Below, in pieces: positions 25,176 to 38,165 of a stretch of 64,000 nucleotides of DNA. The stretch comes from Lama guanicoe (taxonomy: Eukaryota). Position 1 is the stretch's first letter. Every line of letters begins with the position of its first letter. The stretch is taken from assembly GCA_013239625.1 (NCBI GenBank), contig MU053652.1:6191902-6255901 (forward strand). Reading direction: 5' to 3'. The notes beneath the pieces were generated by a model. The model worked only from the letters and a program-made list of their open reading frames with translations. It searched no databases and had not been told where the DNA came from. The translations under genes were made by a program, and so were the position numbers.

Positions 25176-27276
25176 TGGATCGGTCTCATATACCTAATAC
25201 GTACAAGGCTCTCTTGCACGTGTGTGGGGAACAGTGATAAAGGGAAGAACAACTGCCCTCCAGGAACTCAGACGAGTAAACAGGTAACTTCTGACCGGCG
25301 TGACGGGGGGCGGGGCATTACGTCGGGAGCCGGCAGACGGAGCTCCGCGATCAAACGGGAGGACCTCATCACGGAGGCTGGCGGCTGCTTCTTCCTCCTG
25401 TGGACTGTCAGCACTCACACGCAGCCTCACTCGTCACAAGGACAGGACGGAATAAAGACGAAATGGTGAAGCAGCACAGATATCTATGCTTTCACAAAGC
25501 TCCACGTCCAGGGAGATTATTTTCCCTTAATACAGCTAATTGTGTATACAAAAGAAATCCAGGTTAAACTTTGAAAAAGTTGATATTTAGTATCTTATGC
25601 CTAAATCTATTTAAAAAAAAAAAAAGAAAATGAGAAGAGAAAGAAAAAAAATGTTTTGTTCTTCGATGAGTCAAGTAAAAGTAATAACAAATTTGCCAGA
25701 AAGAAAGTGCTACTTTCTTTTAGGTTAGGAGATGACATGGCAAATATTCCATACAGCAGGACTTTGTTTTTGTTTTTATTTTTATTTCTAGCTCTTAGGC
25801 CACTGACCCCAGAAAAATAAGGGCTCCTAATTCCATGATGCTATAAAACCATCATTTAGCCTTTGGGCCTTGACTGCTGTATCTGTAAAATGGAAGTAAT
25901 AAGACTTTCTATCACCTTCAGAAGGTCCTCAGTTTTGATAACTGATAAGAAACTAATAACAAAATGTTTTGAGCTCCCTGGAGGTCAGCCACTAGCCAGG
26001 ATAAAGTGGGTTGTTATAACAGCAATTCTTAAGCTACTGGTACTTACAGCAAAACCAAAATACATCATACCCTGTTGAAACTGCCCTTGGATAGGAAGAG
26101 TGCAATTATCCAAGGTTGAAACTGACTGCAGAGTGTCTGTGAACATCTGGACTTTATTATAAAGTATGTCTTTGGAGCCCTAAGATATGTGGACTATTTA
26201 CAAAAGTGGACTGCTCTCAAAGAAGAGGGAAGCATGATACAGGCTTCCTCTTTCTACAGTTTTTAATGTTGTGACAGGGTCAGAAAGTTACAATTCCTTT
26301 TCCCTTACAGTCTCAGCCACCAGCAAAGCTGCCATTTGTAAGTGAGGGGATGAAGATAGATTTTTCTCTTTGAGGGGAGAATCATTAGTGTCACCAAATT
26401 TAAAGAGAGGCAGCAGATGTGGAAACAGCACTGGTTGTTTCAGGCAACTGAATTTCAGGCCCAACTATGCCAGTAGGTGTGGTATTAAATCAGTCTTCTC
26501 AGGCCTCTCATTTATGAAATGAGATCCACTGAATCAGACCCTCCAGGAGTGAGGTCCCCCTGGGGCTGCTGGATTCTGAGAAAGCCCCACAGGGGACTCT
26601 GATGAGCAGCCCATTCACAGATGAGCTCCCCTGGAGCCCGTGATGACCAAGTTCCCAACATTAACTCTATCTCTGTTTAGGATATGCTCTTAGGCGGCCT
26701 CATATCCTTCCCCCATCACCTCTTAAGACCACTAATTCAACCTTAACTCCTCCACGTCAAAGAAGAAAGCCTGGTCCTATAGACCTGCCGTCAGCACAGC
26801 AAACATCACCTCAGGCTCTGCTTCTCCCATGCGCACAGGAAAACATGGCAATGTCATGGGGGACAGTTCTGATTCTTATCTCTTCCAGAAGTGGCTGGTT
26901 GGCTTGTTTCTGTTTTAGCCAATATCCTGGACTCTGAAATACAGCTTAGGAAATGAAAAGTCATAAGATCACCAAGGTAGAGTCTAATTAATGAAAGATG
27001 GCAGCATGGAAAGAAGAAAAGGGGATAGAAAGTAGAAGAAACACTTGGGTCCTGTCACTAGGCACCATTAAAAGATGTATTTTAAAGGCTGCACTTAGTC
27101 AGGGGACTCAGAAATGCTGGATCTTGCCCTCAGCCACAACTGCTCCTCCAAGTGTCCCCTGGGAATATAAACACACCTATGCACATACACACAAACATGA
27201 TAGAGCTGGCAAAGAAGCCAGAACAACTTATTGCCAGCTGGAGTTTGGACCCTAAATTCCAAAGCAAGACCTAAAG

Positions 27277-27451
27277 CAGTTGTTTGCAAAGCATGGTCCT
27301 TGGACCAGCATTATAAGCATCACTTGGGAACTTGTTAGAAATGCAAATTCTCAGGCCTACACCACAGTCCTGCTAAGTCTGATGTTCTGGTATAGAGCCT
27401 AACAAGCCCTCTAGGTGATTCTGATGTGCTGCCCAAGTTTGAGAACCACTG
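27277..27451. mobile_element. MER5A hAT-Charlie MITE with 8-bp target duplication
   Basis: cagttgtttgcaaag...gggaacttgttagaaatgcaaattctcaggcc...aagtttgagaaccactg, flanked by acctaaag (27269-27276) and acttaaag (27452-27459). Confidence 0.92.
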
Positions 27452-27526
27452 ACTTAAAGGAACAATGTAAATCATGGCCACTGGATCCTCCCTCCCTCCC
27501 TTCCCCAAAGTCTATCCCAGGTCTTC

Positions 27527-27684
27527 GTTTTTTTGTTTGTTTGTTTGTTTGTTTTTTAACTTTTTTTGGGGGGGTGGTAATTAGGTGTATTTATTTATTT
27601 ATTTTTAGAGGAGGCACTGGGGATTGAACCCAGGACCTCGTGCATGCTAAGCATGCACTCTACCACTGAGCTATACCCTCCCTC
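27527..27684 (-). mobile_element. tRNA-derived SINE, Vic-1-like (camelid)
   Basis: The reverse strand reads gagggtatagctcagtggtagagtgcatgcttagcatgcacgaggtcctgggttcaatccccagt (Pol III A and B boxes), then (aaat)n, cctaattacc and an A-rich tail. Target duplication cccaggtcttc at 27516-27526 and 27685-27695. Confidence 0.9.
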
Positions 27685-28464
27685 CCCAGGTCTTCAGTTT
27701 TTAATTCAGACTTGGGGAAGAGGGAGATCCAAACTTAGAGGAAAAGGAGTGAGGGATAGAATAAGAGAAAGCATTTACTTCACTGACCCTGGAGGGCTGG
27801 TTTGGGCTGCCTGCCCAAAAGACCAAGAAATCTTGCCAAAGCAGGGCAATAGCTGTGGGACTGACAAAAAAAGTGGTTGGGATGGAGACTTGGAGGTCCC
27901 TGGTTACCTGAAAACAGATGCACCTTTGTGCTTAGTGCAATAGCATTTTTCAAAAAACTTCGCAGACCTCTTTACATTTAATTTATTCTCAACTTGTTTT
28001 TCTTTATAGTGATACGTGAATGAAACACCATAATCTTTAAGTGTGGTGGGCTTCTAAAGATCTTAATCCTGTCTTAGAATAGAGGTGAGGGAGAAGGAAG
28101 GATAGCAGAGTACACCCAGGGGGCTTGTGGGAACTAGAAAGCAAGTCTTCTGCCTCCCAGGGCCCCAGACATTGATTGCCTCCTGACCATGCAGATTCTG
28201 TGGATTAACAAAGATATACGTTGTCATTATAATCTTTTAGCTCCATATTCACTGCTCAATGCTCTAATCTGTATTCTCAACCTTGAGTAACACTTGATCT
28301 CCTTGGGTAAGGAGGGTCTGACTAAGAATTGGGTTTATTCTTGGCAAGAAGTGAGAGGTACCAGCAAAGGCCTTGGGCTCCCCCTAGAGGTGAGTACCTC
28401 TAATGCACGCAGGATGTCAAAAGTAATGTAGCTTGTGACGTTGCCAAATCAATGCCATTTCCAA

Positions 28465-28633
28465 GCCACGGCCATAAGTGGTTATTCAATTTTAGATTAA
28501 TTAAAATTAAAACTTCAGTTCCTTACTCACACTAGCCACAAAGTGGTCAGTAGCTACATATGGCCACTGGCTGTGATGTTGGACAGGGAGGATGTAGAAT
28601 GTCACCACATAGCTGGAGGTGTTAGAGGGACAG
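28465..28633. mobile_element. MER3/MER33-like hAT MITE
   Basis: attaaaattaaaacttcagttccttactcacactagccaca...agtagctacatatggccactggct...ttggacag. Confidence 0.75.
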
Positions 28634-30695
28634 TTGAGGGTAAGGGGATGGATTATACTATCATCTAATAGTAACCAGAACAGGTCCCACCCCAGGAAAG
28701 TGACCCAGTAACACACAGACAGCAACCTGTGTATTCAGACACAGAACAGATGTTTCTGAGTTGAAGGTCATTTAGAGAGAAAAAGGCATCCTGCACCCTA
28801 GGTGTTTAGGTGTTTCAGAGACACAGCTTTAAAATCACAGAATCCTCCGTGATCAGCTACTCTGTGCTGCAGGGTCCTGCCTTATCATCACCCAAGGGAG
28901 CCCCTGACTCCGTCTCTCCACCAACCCTACTCCCTGTGCTTCTCTACACGGGTCCTTCCTTTACCTTGTAACCCAAGGCCCTGATCACAGGTAATCTCAA
29001 TTAAACAAGCACAACAGCCTGACAGTCCTATTTACCTCGTGCTTATTGTTTTCAGTACACTGTCTCTCTCTTTTCACTGTCACTGTACCAACTCACTGTG
29101 TAAAGCAGGGGCCATCTGCCTACCAGGTATGGGAGGTCAGCCTTTCAGCTTTCCTCCCAATCCTTCTTTCAGATGAGCATGGGAGGAAGGACAGGTGACT
29201 GAGGAAAGGAGTTGATTTTATAGGTGGACCAGTAAGTGAAAATCACTTAGCAAAAACCAGTAGCTGACCTGGGAGTTTTTTCTTTTTCTTTGCCTATTTG
29301 GCTTGAACACCTTTTATGAGCTCTCCCAGTCCAGTCCAATTTACGTGATCCGCTCCTGGAATAGGATGACTGCAAAGCATTGTGCAGGGCTGAATTTCTG
29401 AATTTACGTATCAGCAACTCTGTTTCCAAAAAGACTGAAGGGCAGTTTTCCCTGTAAATATTAACCGTTTGGGGGGAAAATAAATCTGTAATTATATAAG
29501 GGATGGTCATAAAATTATAAAACTGTGTTCCCAAGTCACACGCCCAATCGATCTCATTAACTTATAGCTATATCTTGTAAATATACACGTATTTTCCATG
29601 CTGGATTTATGCTACTTGTCATTGTATAGAGTACAATATAATTGGACAGCGTGGTCCAAGAAATTATCAGATAAAAATGAAAATGCCTTGACCACTTATA
29701 AAACAAAACTAGACCACAGTTTTTAAATGTAATAGACAAAAATACAGCAACAATGACGTGGACAATTTAGGGCATAATTCTGTACGTAAAACGGAGTAAA
29801 AGCAGACACACCAATTGTAAGACTCCTCCAAATTGTATTAACGCGGAGACACAATAAGCAAATCTGGGAGAAAGTCTAAATTATAGGATACTTTAAGAAG
29901 ACAGTCTTGTTATACCCAGAGACATAACAACAGTGATGACAACTAGACTGATTGCTCACAAGATACTTGCAGGCACTGCCTGGCCTCTTTCCATTAGCAG
30001 ATTTTGCTGCAAAATGAATAGAAGGGTGTTTCAGCGGTTAGGAGACAGAAGGGCAAACCAGATGACCTTTCGAGATCTTTCCAGTTCGTGACCTGTGATT
30101 CCACAGTCTGTAAGTAGCAGCATCTAGTTATATAAAACTAATCAATGTGATAAAGTAGTTAAATATAGTTCTTTCAAATGGGCTAAACATATTTTCTATA
30201 ATATACTTTATGTTTTACTTTTTAAGAGAGAGCATAAAACTTAAATACCTAAAGACCAGGTCAAATGATAACATATTTTTGGTTAATGGAATCTGAATTA
30301 ATACCACCCTTCCTGGATAAATATGTTCAGGATCCATACTTGTGAGAAAAGACAGATGGTTGAGCCCCGGCTTTGCTTCAAGTGACCGTTTTACAACCTC
30401 TCTGACCTCCAGTGAGGAGTTTCAAATCTCTCATCTCTGAGGGTCCCTTCCTTCTCTAACCTCTGCTGTAACATGGACGGTTTTAGCTTCCTCGCAATTT
30501 ATACCTAACATATGACATTAATCTAAAGGAATTGAGATTAAAGTCCATTTCTTACTGATTGAGTTAAAAGAGAAAAATTCTTCTGTTTTGCTTTCTATCA
30601 CGGAAGAGACTGAAAATTTCTCTGATAATGATAACTTTTGTATCTAATCTGAAATATTTCATATTGGTCTTTCAATTTTATAGCTCAAGAAAATA

Positions 30696-30696
30696 A

Positions 30697-30728
<32 letters not shown>
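30696..30728. repeat. (CA)n microsatellite
   Basis: About 16 CA units with one interruption. Confidence 0.95.
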
Positions 30729-30729
<1 letters not shown>

Positions 30730-33700
30730 TTCTGCAGTACTCTTAATTCCAATTATTCTGCTGTTGACCTAGAGATATTTTTCAGCAAGAACAAGAGGAG
30801 AAGCCAAGAATCTTTCAGCCAGCATGTTGGTGAGGTTGGATGCGCCTAAAGATACATTTTCTATGAAAGTCTGATGGGAGACAGAGTTAGCTCTTGTGTT
30901 GCCCGGTATCATGGGGTACTTACAAACAAAAGTCCAAGGGCAGAAAAGAAGCAGCCTGATTAATTTCTAGACTAAACTGACTTTAGAGCTTCTGTACTAT
31001 AAGGCAATTTTTTCTTTTGCTCCATGTTATAAAACAGGCAAAAAATAGAAAGAAATTCTGAGAATAATACTGTGAGCGTTAAGATTGGCAAAGTTATGTA
31101 CTCAAAGTATATCCTGAAAGTCACGTGACTATTTTCATTTCGAGGAAAATGAAACACTAGGTCGAGAAAATAAATTCATTTTAGGTAAAATTGAAAGTGT
31201 ACCCACTGTCTATTAAGTAGTCTGCTTTCATGTGTCACTCAATTCCCAGATTTTGGAGAAGACTAGATCCAATTTACAAAGGCTGACTTTTCCATTTCGG
31301 TTATTGGTCTGACTATCACCTGGTCAGCCCATTCAGGTCAGTCAAAACATGCAGTTAATTTATGTATTTAGATCCAGGTTACAATCCTTAAAATGCAAAA
31401 CAGTATTTCCAGTGATTTTATGATCTTTCATCAGACATTCATCATTCCAGTTCACTTCAGTGCATCTTGTTAAGATGTTTGCAAAACTTTGCGAATCTGG
31501 ACTTAATAATAATGTCAGCTGATTAATAGTAACACTTTAATTTGGAAGCTTTGAAAAATGCTTTTATCTCAGTAAGTGTGGCCTCTCCAGGATAGACACT
31601 TTGTTTCACCAAATTCTCTCTTCCCCAAAACGCTCGTCAATTTAATAGCAGCTCTGCCCCACACCTTGTCAACGTTTATGTTTCACTGGATCAGTAAAGG
31701 AAGTATGACACACTGAGACATGGGGAAGAAAAAATAATAACAACATGACTTGGGGGATGAACAAACACCCTACTGATATTCAGCTAAAGCTTCTGAAAAT
31801 GCTCACAGGATGTTTGGAAATTGCATTTCTAAATGTTATGGGCTTCTGGTCTTTCAACCATGTAATGAATATATATTTTTTTCTCCATTTATTTATTATT
31901 GGTAGAAATTGAGTGATGGACTTTTCCACGGATGCCCCTGCCCAAGTTTATTTTCTCATTGCTCCAGTCAGCATTGTTATCTGACAATGCAAAACAAGTT
32001 ACGTTTGGGTTGATACACACAGGCAATCCTTCTTTCAAAGAATTTTCATCTGTCACCATCATCTCCACTAAGACACAGAACAGAGAATGACAGAATGATT
32101 GGTTTTATCTACATTTTGGTGTATTTTTCTTTGAATGGCAGTCCCGGAGAACACAATATTCAAGATAAAATAACAAAACTGTGATGATTTCAAATGGCAG
32201 TCTAACGGAGGATGATAAATTATTGCCTAAAGTGCCAAATACTTTGGGCCAGTAGCTTGAAATTGTGTTCTGGAGATTGTCTGGAATGACTGCTTCTCAC
32301 AATCTCTTTCTTCATTTGAGAAAATGAACTGTTTCTTGAAAATGGCATAAGTCCAAAAAGAAAAAAAAAACTGCACAGAATAGCAAGGTCAAAATAAACT
32401 CAAGTAAAATAAACGATATTATTCCCTTCACATTAGTAGCTCCTGCCAGTAGTAACTTGTTGAAGCTACACTCCTTTGTTTTCTAAAAAGAAGAGCTTTT
32501 TAAAGCCTAGTTTTGCTTAATTTTTCAAATGATGTGAAGCCAAATACAACTGCGTAAATCTGATAAACTCCGAGTGTATGTAACATCAACTCCTAACAGA
32601 AGGCTCATTACAATATTAAATACTTAACGTTCACGAAAAAGAGCAGTGTGTTAGACGCTAACAAAGTCGAGAGGCAGCCAAGGAACCCACCAAATAAGAC
32701 ATCTGTTTCTTGGGCTTGGGATGAACTGAACAGTGGCAAGAGGAGGCTGATTGGCCAAAGATCATCATAATGACTTAAATATTTTGGTCAAAATGCTTCT
32801 TTGGCTGTCACTTACAGGAGAATAATAACAATACTTTCAGCCTAAAGGTGAATATTGCCATGCAGAATCATCTCAGCGTTAAAATGCAGCAGTGGGTTAC
32901 CTGGTCATTTTTCCTTCTATGTGGTTTTCTATATTAGGGAAGGAACCTACAATGCTGAAGACAGCTCTGTTTCCATAACCTACAAAATCTGACCTGATGG
33001 GGTCAACTACATGCGTCTACTTGTTCCCCTGTAGATCTATGACAGAAGGAAAAGATGTAGAAAGATTGATGTGATTAGTTTAAGACTAAATTATCTGATT
33101 TCAGTGAAAATACTCTGGCAACCTGAGTGAGCATTAAAGACTTCATTGTTTCCCCAGTTCACTTCAGTGCATCTTGTTAAGATGTTTGTGGAACTTGCCA
33201 AAATAAAATATCTTTGACTATCAGTGATGTTAACACTATTGATATTTACTGGTCAAAACAGAGAACTGCCCAGTTTCTTAGTGTCTCTGAGCTATGAATA
33301 CAATCTAGATGGTCCAGACAGGAAAAAAAATTTTTTGGATCAAAGGTATCTGACTTGTGATTTGGATTATTGTGAATTCAGTAGATTCTGCTTTTGAAAC
33401 TGGTACATGATTCTTCAAGCTATCAGCGGAGAAATGGTTGTACAAATTCATGATGAATAAGTGATTATAGGAGGTAATTTTTATGTTGGGCAACCTATCA
33501 TTAAGGTAAAAAAAATAAATAATTGAGTAGTTTGTAAAGCAATTTTAAAATCTGACAGCCATGTTTATGTCTGCTTTATCGTCCTGAGATAAGAGGAAAA
33601 TGAAGCTTTCTCTTCTGATTACTGCCTAAATTAGGTGTGCCTGGCTCTCCATTTTCTATTACATTTGGAAAGTGGGCAAGGGGGAGGCAAGGGAAGGAAA

Positions 33701-34879
33701 AAGAAGGAAAAATTTCATGAGAATAGACGTGGCAAGAGGACAAGCAGAAGTGAGGAGCATCTCTGAATGACTGACGTTATTCTGTCTGGAGAAACTGAAA
33801 CATTATAAAAGACCCTAGAAATAACTTATATATTTTTTATACTATTTCAAACTACATGTGCAATTCAAGAACAGTAGGTAATCATTTTGATCACTTGAAT
33901 GAGCCATTTAAATTTTTCATGAAAAGAAACAATGATTAAAGGTATGCTAAATCTTAGATTAATACATAAAACTATGGGGATAAAGTGAGTTTTTTTTCTT
34001 TATAAAAGCGATTATTTATGTACATGTTAAACAGGAAATGAAGATGTTACTAAAGAAATAAAAGTCCTATGGAGTTGCCAAATTTTGCCAGTACAATTAA
34101 ATAGCTCTAGGAAAGACGCCTTTTTATCAAAAATAAAACAACATATGTTTTTCTCTAAAAACAAGTCTCTTGAAGAAAAATGGTTCTATGTAATTAACAT
34201 CGTGCTTTTGAGGGCTTTTAATCCTCTCTCTGAAATAACTTTCGTTCTTTAATTCTTTAAGAAAAGTTGCAAGTTCATTACTCTCATCCAACATGAGACA
34301 AGGGAAAGCACAGGATGCAGCTGGTGACACACTATCCCATGCGCTTTAAAAACATGTTGAATGGATAAAACAGTTATTGTACAGCTAAGGGCTTAGCGAT
34401 GCAGTTGGTGTTACCACCTGTGTCTGTCAAAATCCACAGACAAGGACCCTACTAAAGACCTTTTTTGTAAGAGAGGTGTTCTCCTATTAAATCAAGTCAG
34501 CATTGGAATTGAGACTAGCTTCCCGGGCTCATCTCTAAAGAGACAAGACTGATTAGAGTTAGTGATAATGTGCACACTGAAGTTCAGTTGTTTCCAATGC
34601 AGTAAAAATGAGCCATTTTAAAGTAAGTCGAGCAAAATTTTGGCTGCTCAGTGTAACTTCAAGCATTAAAAAAAAAAGTTTCAAGGGCAAAGGTGTTCTT
34701 CTGTTTTATTTACTGTTAAATTCTAGTCTACTACAACAATAAATACTTAGGTATTTAAGTATTTGTTGAATGAGTAAATGAATAAATAAATATTTACAAA
34801 ATATTGGAGTATGTGATAAGAATAAAATATTCTATAACTGTTCAAACAATTTATATGGACTATCTCCTTTATTATAACT

Positions 34880-35035
34880 GCTATGTTTAGTATTTGATAA
34901 TAGCACCCTCATTCATATGTGAAACAACTGAGTGCAGACCATTAAGCAATTCACTAAGGTTGCCATCCATTAAATGGTGGTGTCAAAAGTAGAACTCAGT
35001 TCCTCTGACGTCAAAGCCCACACTCTCAACCACTT
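34880..35035 (-). mobile_element. MIR SINE
   Basis: aactgagtgcagaccattaagcaattcactaaggttg...agaactcagttcctctgacgtcaaagcccacactctcaaccact. Confidence 0.7.
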
Positions 35036-36499
35036 ACTGCTCACAAATGCAGTGCTCTTGGTACCTCCCCTTACCAAACGCATCTTTTTAGTTCAGTGAA
35101 ATGTAAGTCAAAGATGATTGTTAAACACCCTCTCTGGATTTGTGTCAAAGCTCAATGATAAATGTGACAAAATGCATCTGCCATTAATGGTAAGATTTAA
35201 TACTTGATACTGGTAAGTATGTGAAGTTTTTTTGGACCTAGTCATATAAACCAGCATGAATGCTGATAGAGTTATTATTGATCTAACTTCTCGGTTTTCT
35301 GCCATTTAAAAAGGATTTGGGACCATAAATATTCATAATTGCAATGCTTAAAAAAAATAAGAGCTACAATCATCTTTCCAGGGCACCCCTGAGAATTCTG
35401 TCAATCTACCTCTCCATTTGTCACTCGTGAAAGCTTAGTGCACATTTACAAAACTGAACACTTTTAAAAGGAAACCCATAATAAAGTAACAGGAATGTCA
35501 GTTTTTTCACACAATGGGTCTTTTGACAACATTCATTCCTCCTTCTAGCCAAGCTCCCATTCCAGCAGCACTCTGGTGCCAGGTCAACTATGAGCTGACC
35601 AGCGCAGTCCTCTCTGGGAACTCAGCATTTGATTAAATGGCAGATTTTCCAATGATATTTAGTTGTTTCTTACCTGAGTGAACCATGTCATGGGTCCCTT
35701 GGGTGCCATTCCAACATCAAGTGATACACAATCACTACCAATAAAGATGAGAAAGGGCAGATCTCTGCTCTCTCAACCACCCTGTAGCTTCAGCCTGAGG
35801 TTCCCTGGCACCTGCGTGGAAGTGTAAATGTGCACTTGCCTTGAGAGTCAATCTAGCTTCACCGTCCATCTGTGTCACTCATTTCCCCCTGTAACTTTCA
35901 GTGTTCAGAGATAGGGATGGTGGCTGTTTCATTTGAGCAGTTTTATCAGGTTTTATCTAAATCAAGGCAATCTCAAGATCCAAAAATATTGGATTTCATG
36001 GACACTTTATTAGCTGATATATCAACCAGACTTGAGTCAGAAATAGAGAGATCATGAACTATGTGAACTATGAGTGAAACAGAAACAGAGTTACCTGAAA
36101 TAAATCAAGGGTGATCTACCAGGCTCAAGTCTAGAATACCGCAGTCAGCACACAATTAGGGAGACAGGGAGGCAAAAGGGTTGGAATTAAATACCTAAGC
36201 TTGCATAGTGAGGCAGGCAGAAAGGACTTAGGGACCCTCAGTAACCAAACATATCAGCCACCTCATTTCTTACTAGACTTGAAGGGGAAGGAAAACCTGT
36301 CAAACTGCTGAATCATTTTTTGTTTTTCAATGATAACTGCACCAGTAGAGACTTCTAACTGTCCCTGAATATTCATTATCCTCTTCTAATATAGTAATAT
36401 ACACCCCAATTTTCAGCTGGACCCACCTGTAATAAAGACCATTTTTTCTATCTCTGTGTAGCTGGCGTGAGCATGGACCTTCTTTTCTTTTGACTTTTC

Positions 36500-38165
36500 T
36501 GCTGTTTAAAACACAGACATGAAAAAATATGCCCAGCTGACTTCTGACAAAGGAGAAAAAACAATTTAATGAAAGAGAGTCTTCTTAACAAATAGTGTTG
36601 GAACAAATGCATCAATTCCCCTTCACCCCCAAAATGAACCTTCACCTAAAGTCCACATTTTACACAAAATTTCACTCAAAATGGACCATAGATATAAATG
36701 TGAAGTGTAAAACTATACAACATTTCTGAAAAGAATATAAGGAGAAATCTTCATGATCTGGCATTAGGGAACAAATTCTTAGATGTGACCCCAAAGGCAT
36801 GACCCATGAAAGAAAAATCCAATTGTTGGATTCCATCAAAATTAAATACTTTTGCTCTGGGAAAAACTATGTTAAGAAAATGAAACATTTGTAAATCACA
36901 TATTAGACAAGACTCATATCCAAAATATATAAAGAACTCTCTAGAATCAATAGAAAGAAACCAAATAATCCAATTAGAAAATAAACAGAAGATTCCAATA
37001 GACATGCCATCAAAGAATATATACAGATGGCAAATAAGCATAAGGAAAGATGTTCAGCAATATTAGTCCTTAGTAAATGCAAATTAATAGCACAGGGAAC
37101 TATATTCAATTTCTTATAATAACATATAATGGAAAAGAATCTGAAAAGAAAAAAGAAATATATATGTAAGTATATATATAACTGAATCACTTTACTGTAC
37201 AGCTGAAACTAACATTGTAAATCAACCATACTTCAATAAAAAAAATTAAAAAATAAAACCACCATGAGACAGCACTGCATATCTACTAGGATGGCTAAAA
37301 TTTTAAAAAATATATTGATAATGTCAAATGCTGATGAGGCTGTTAAGAAACTGGACCTCTTGTGTATTGCTGGTGGACATATAAATAATACAGCCACTCA
37401 GGAAATTAGTCTGGCAGTTTCTTTGTAAGTTAAACATATACTTACCATATGACCCAGCACTTGTACTTCTGGGCATTTATCCTAGAAAATGAAAACTTAT
37501 GTTTATGCAAACATCTGTGCATGAATATTCATAACAGCTTTATTTGTAATAGCCCCAAACTGGAAATGACTCAAATGCCCTTCATCATGAACTGTTAAAC
37601 AAACTGTGATTCATCCAGACAATGGAATACTACTTGGAAATGAAAAAGGAACGAACTACTGTGAGACAAACTGGTTCAACCTTAAGGGCATTCTGCTGCC
37701 AGAAAAAAAAGCCAATGTCAAAAGTATACATGGTGTATGGTTCCCTTTATACTGTCTTCCTGAAATGGCAAATTACAAAGATGGAGAACACTTACTGTTG
37801 CCAGGGGATAGAGAAGAGGAGGTAGGATATGGTTCTAAAGAGGCAGCATGAGGTAAGCACTTTGTAGTGATGGAATGGTTCTGCATCTTCATTATAATGA
37901 TGGCTACATAAATCACTGTATGTGATAAACTGCCATGGCATTAATCACAAAGACATACAAAAATGATGACTTGAGTAAGGTCTGTAGGCCAGTTCATTGT
38001 ACTGTTCTAATTAATTTCTTGCATTTGATAAGCTCTATAGCTATGTAAGATGTCACCATCCCACGGATCTGGGTGGTGGGTACAGAAAACCTGTCTGCGC
38101 TATTTTTGCAACTTCTTGTGGGTCTCGGTCTATAACTATTTCAAAATAAAAAAGTTTAAATAAAA
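36500..38165 (+). mobile_element. Old L1 (L1MC/L1MD-like) ORF2 3' part and 3' UTR
   Basis: aacaaatagtgttggaacaa, tacacaaaatttcactcaaaatggaccataga, agatggcaaataagcata, ttaccatatgacccagca, and the terminal tatttttgcaacttcttgtg...tatttcaaaataaaaaag. Confidence 0.92.
37088..37255 (+). mobile_element. Younger 5'-truncated L1 3' tail nested in the older L1
   Basis: tagcacagggaactatattcaat...aactgaatcactttactgtacagctgaaactaac...cttcaataaaaaaaa is the cetartiodactyl-type L1 end. It interrupts the host motif aaatgcaaattaa|aaccaccatgaga. Confidence 0.85.

Noticed and set aside
27610..27684. tRNA-like sequence on the - strand
   Set aside because: It is the head of a SINE with tail and target duplication, not a tRNA gene.
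34741..34764. 9-bp inverted repeat aaatactta...taagtattt
   Set aside because: AT-rich, short, within an L2 tail remnant and expected by chance.
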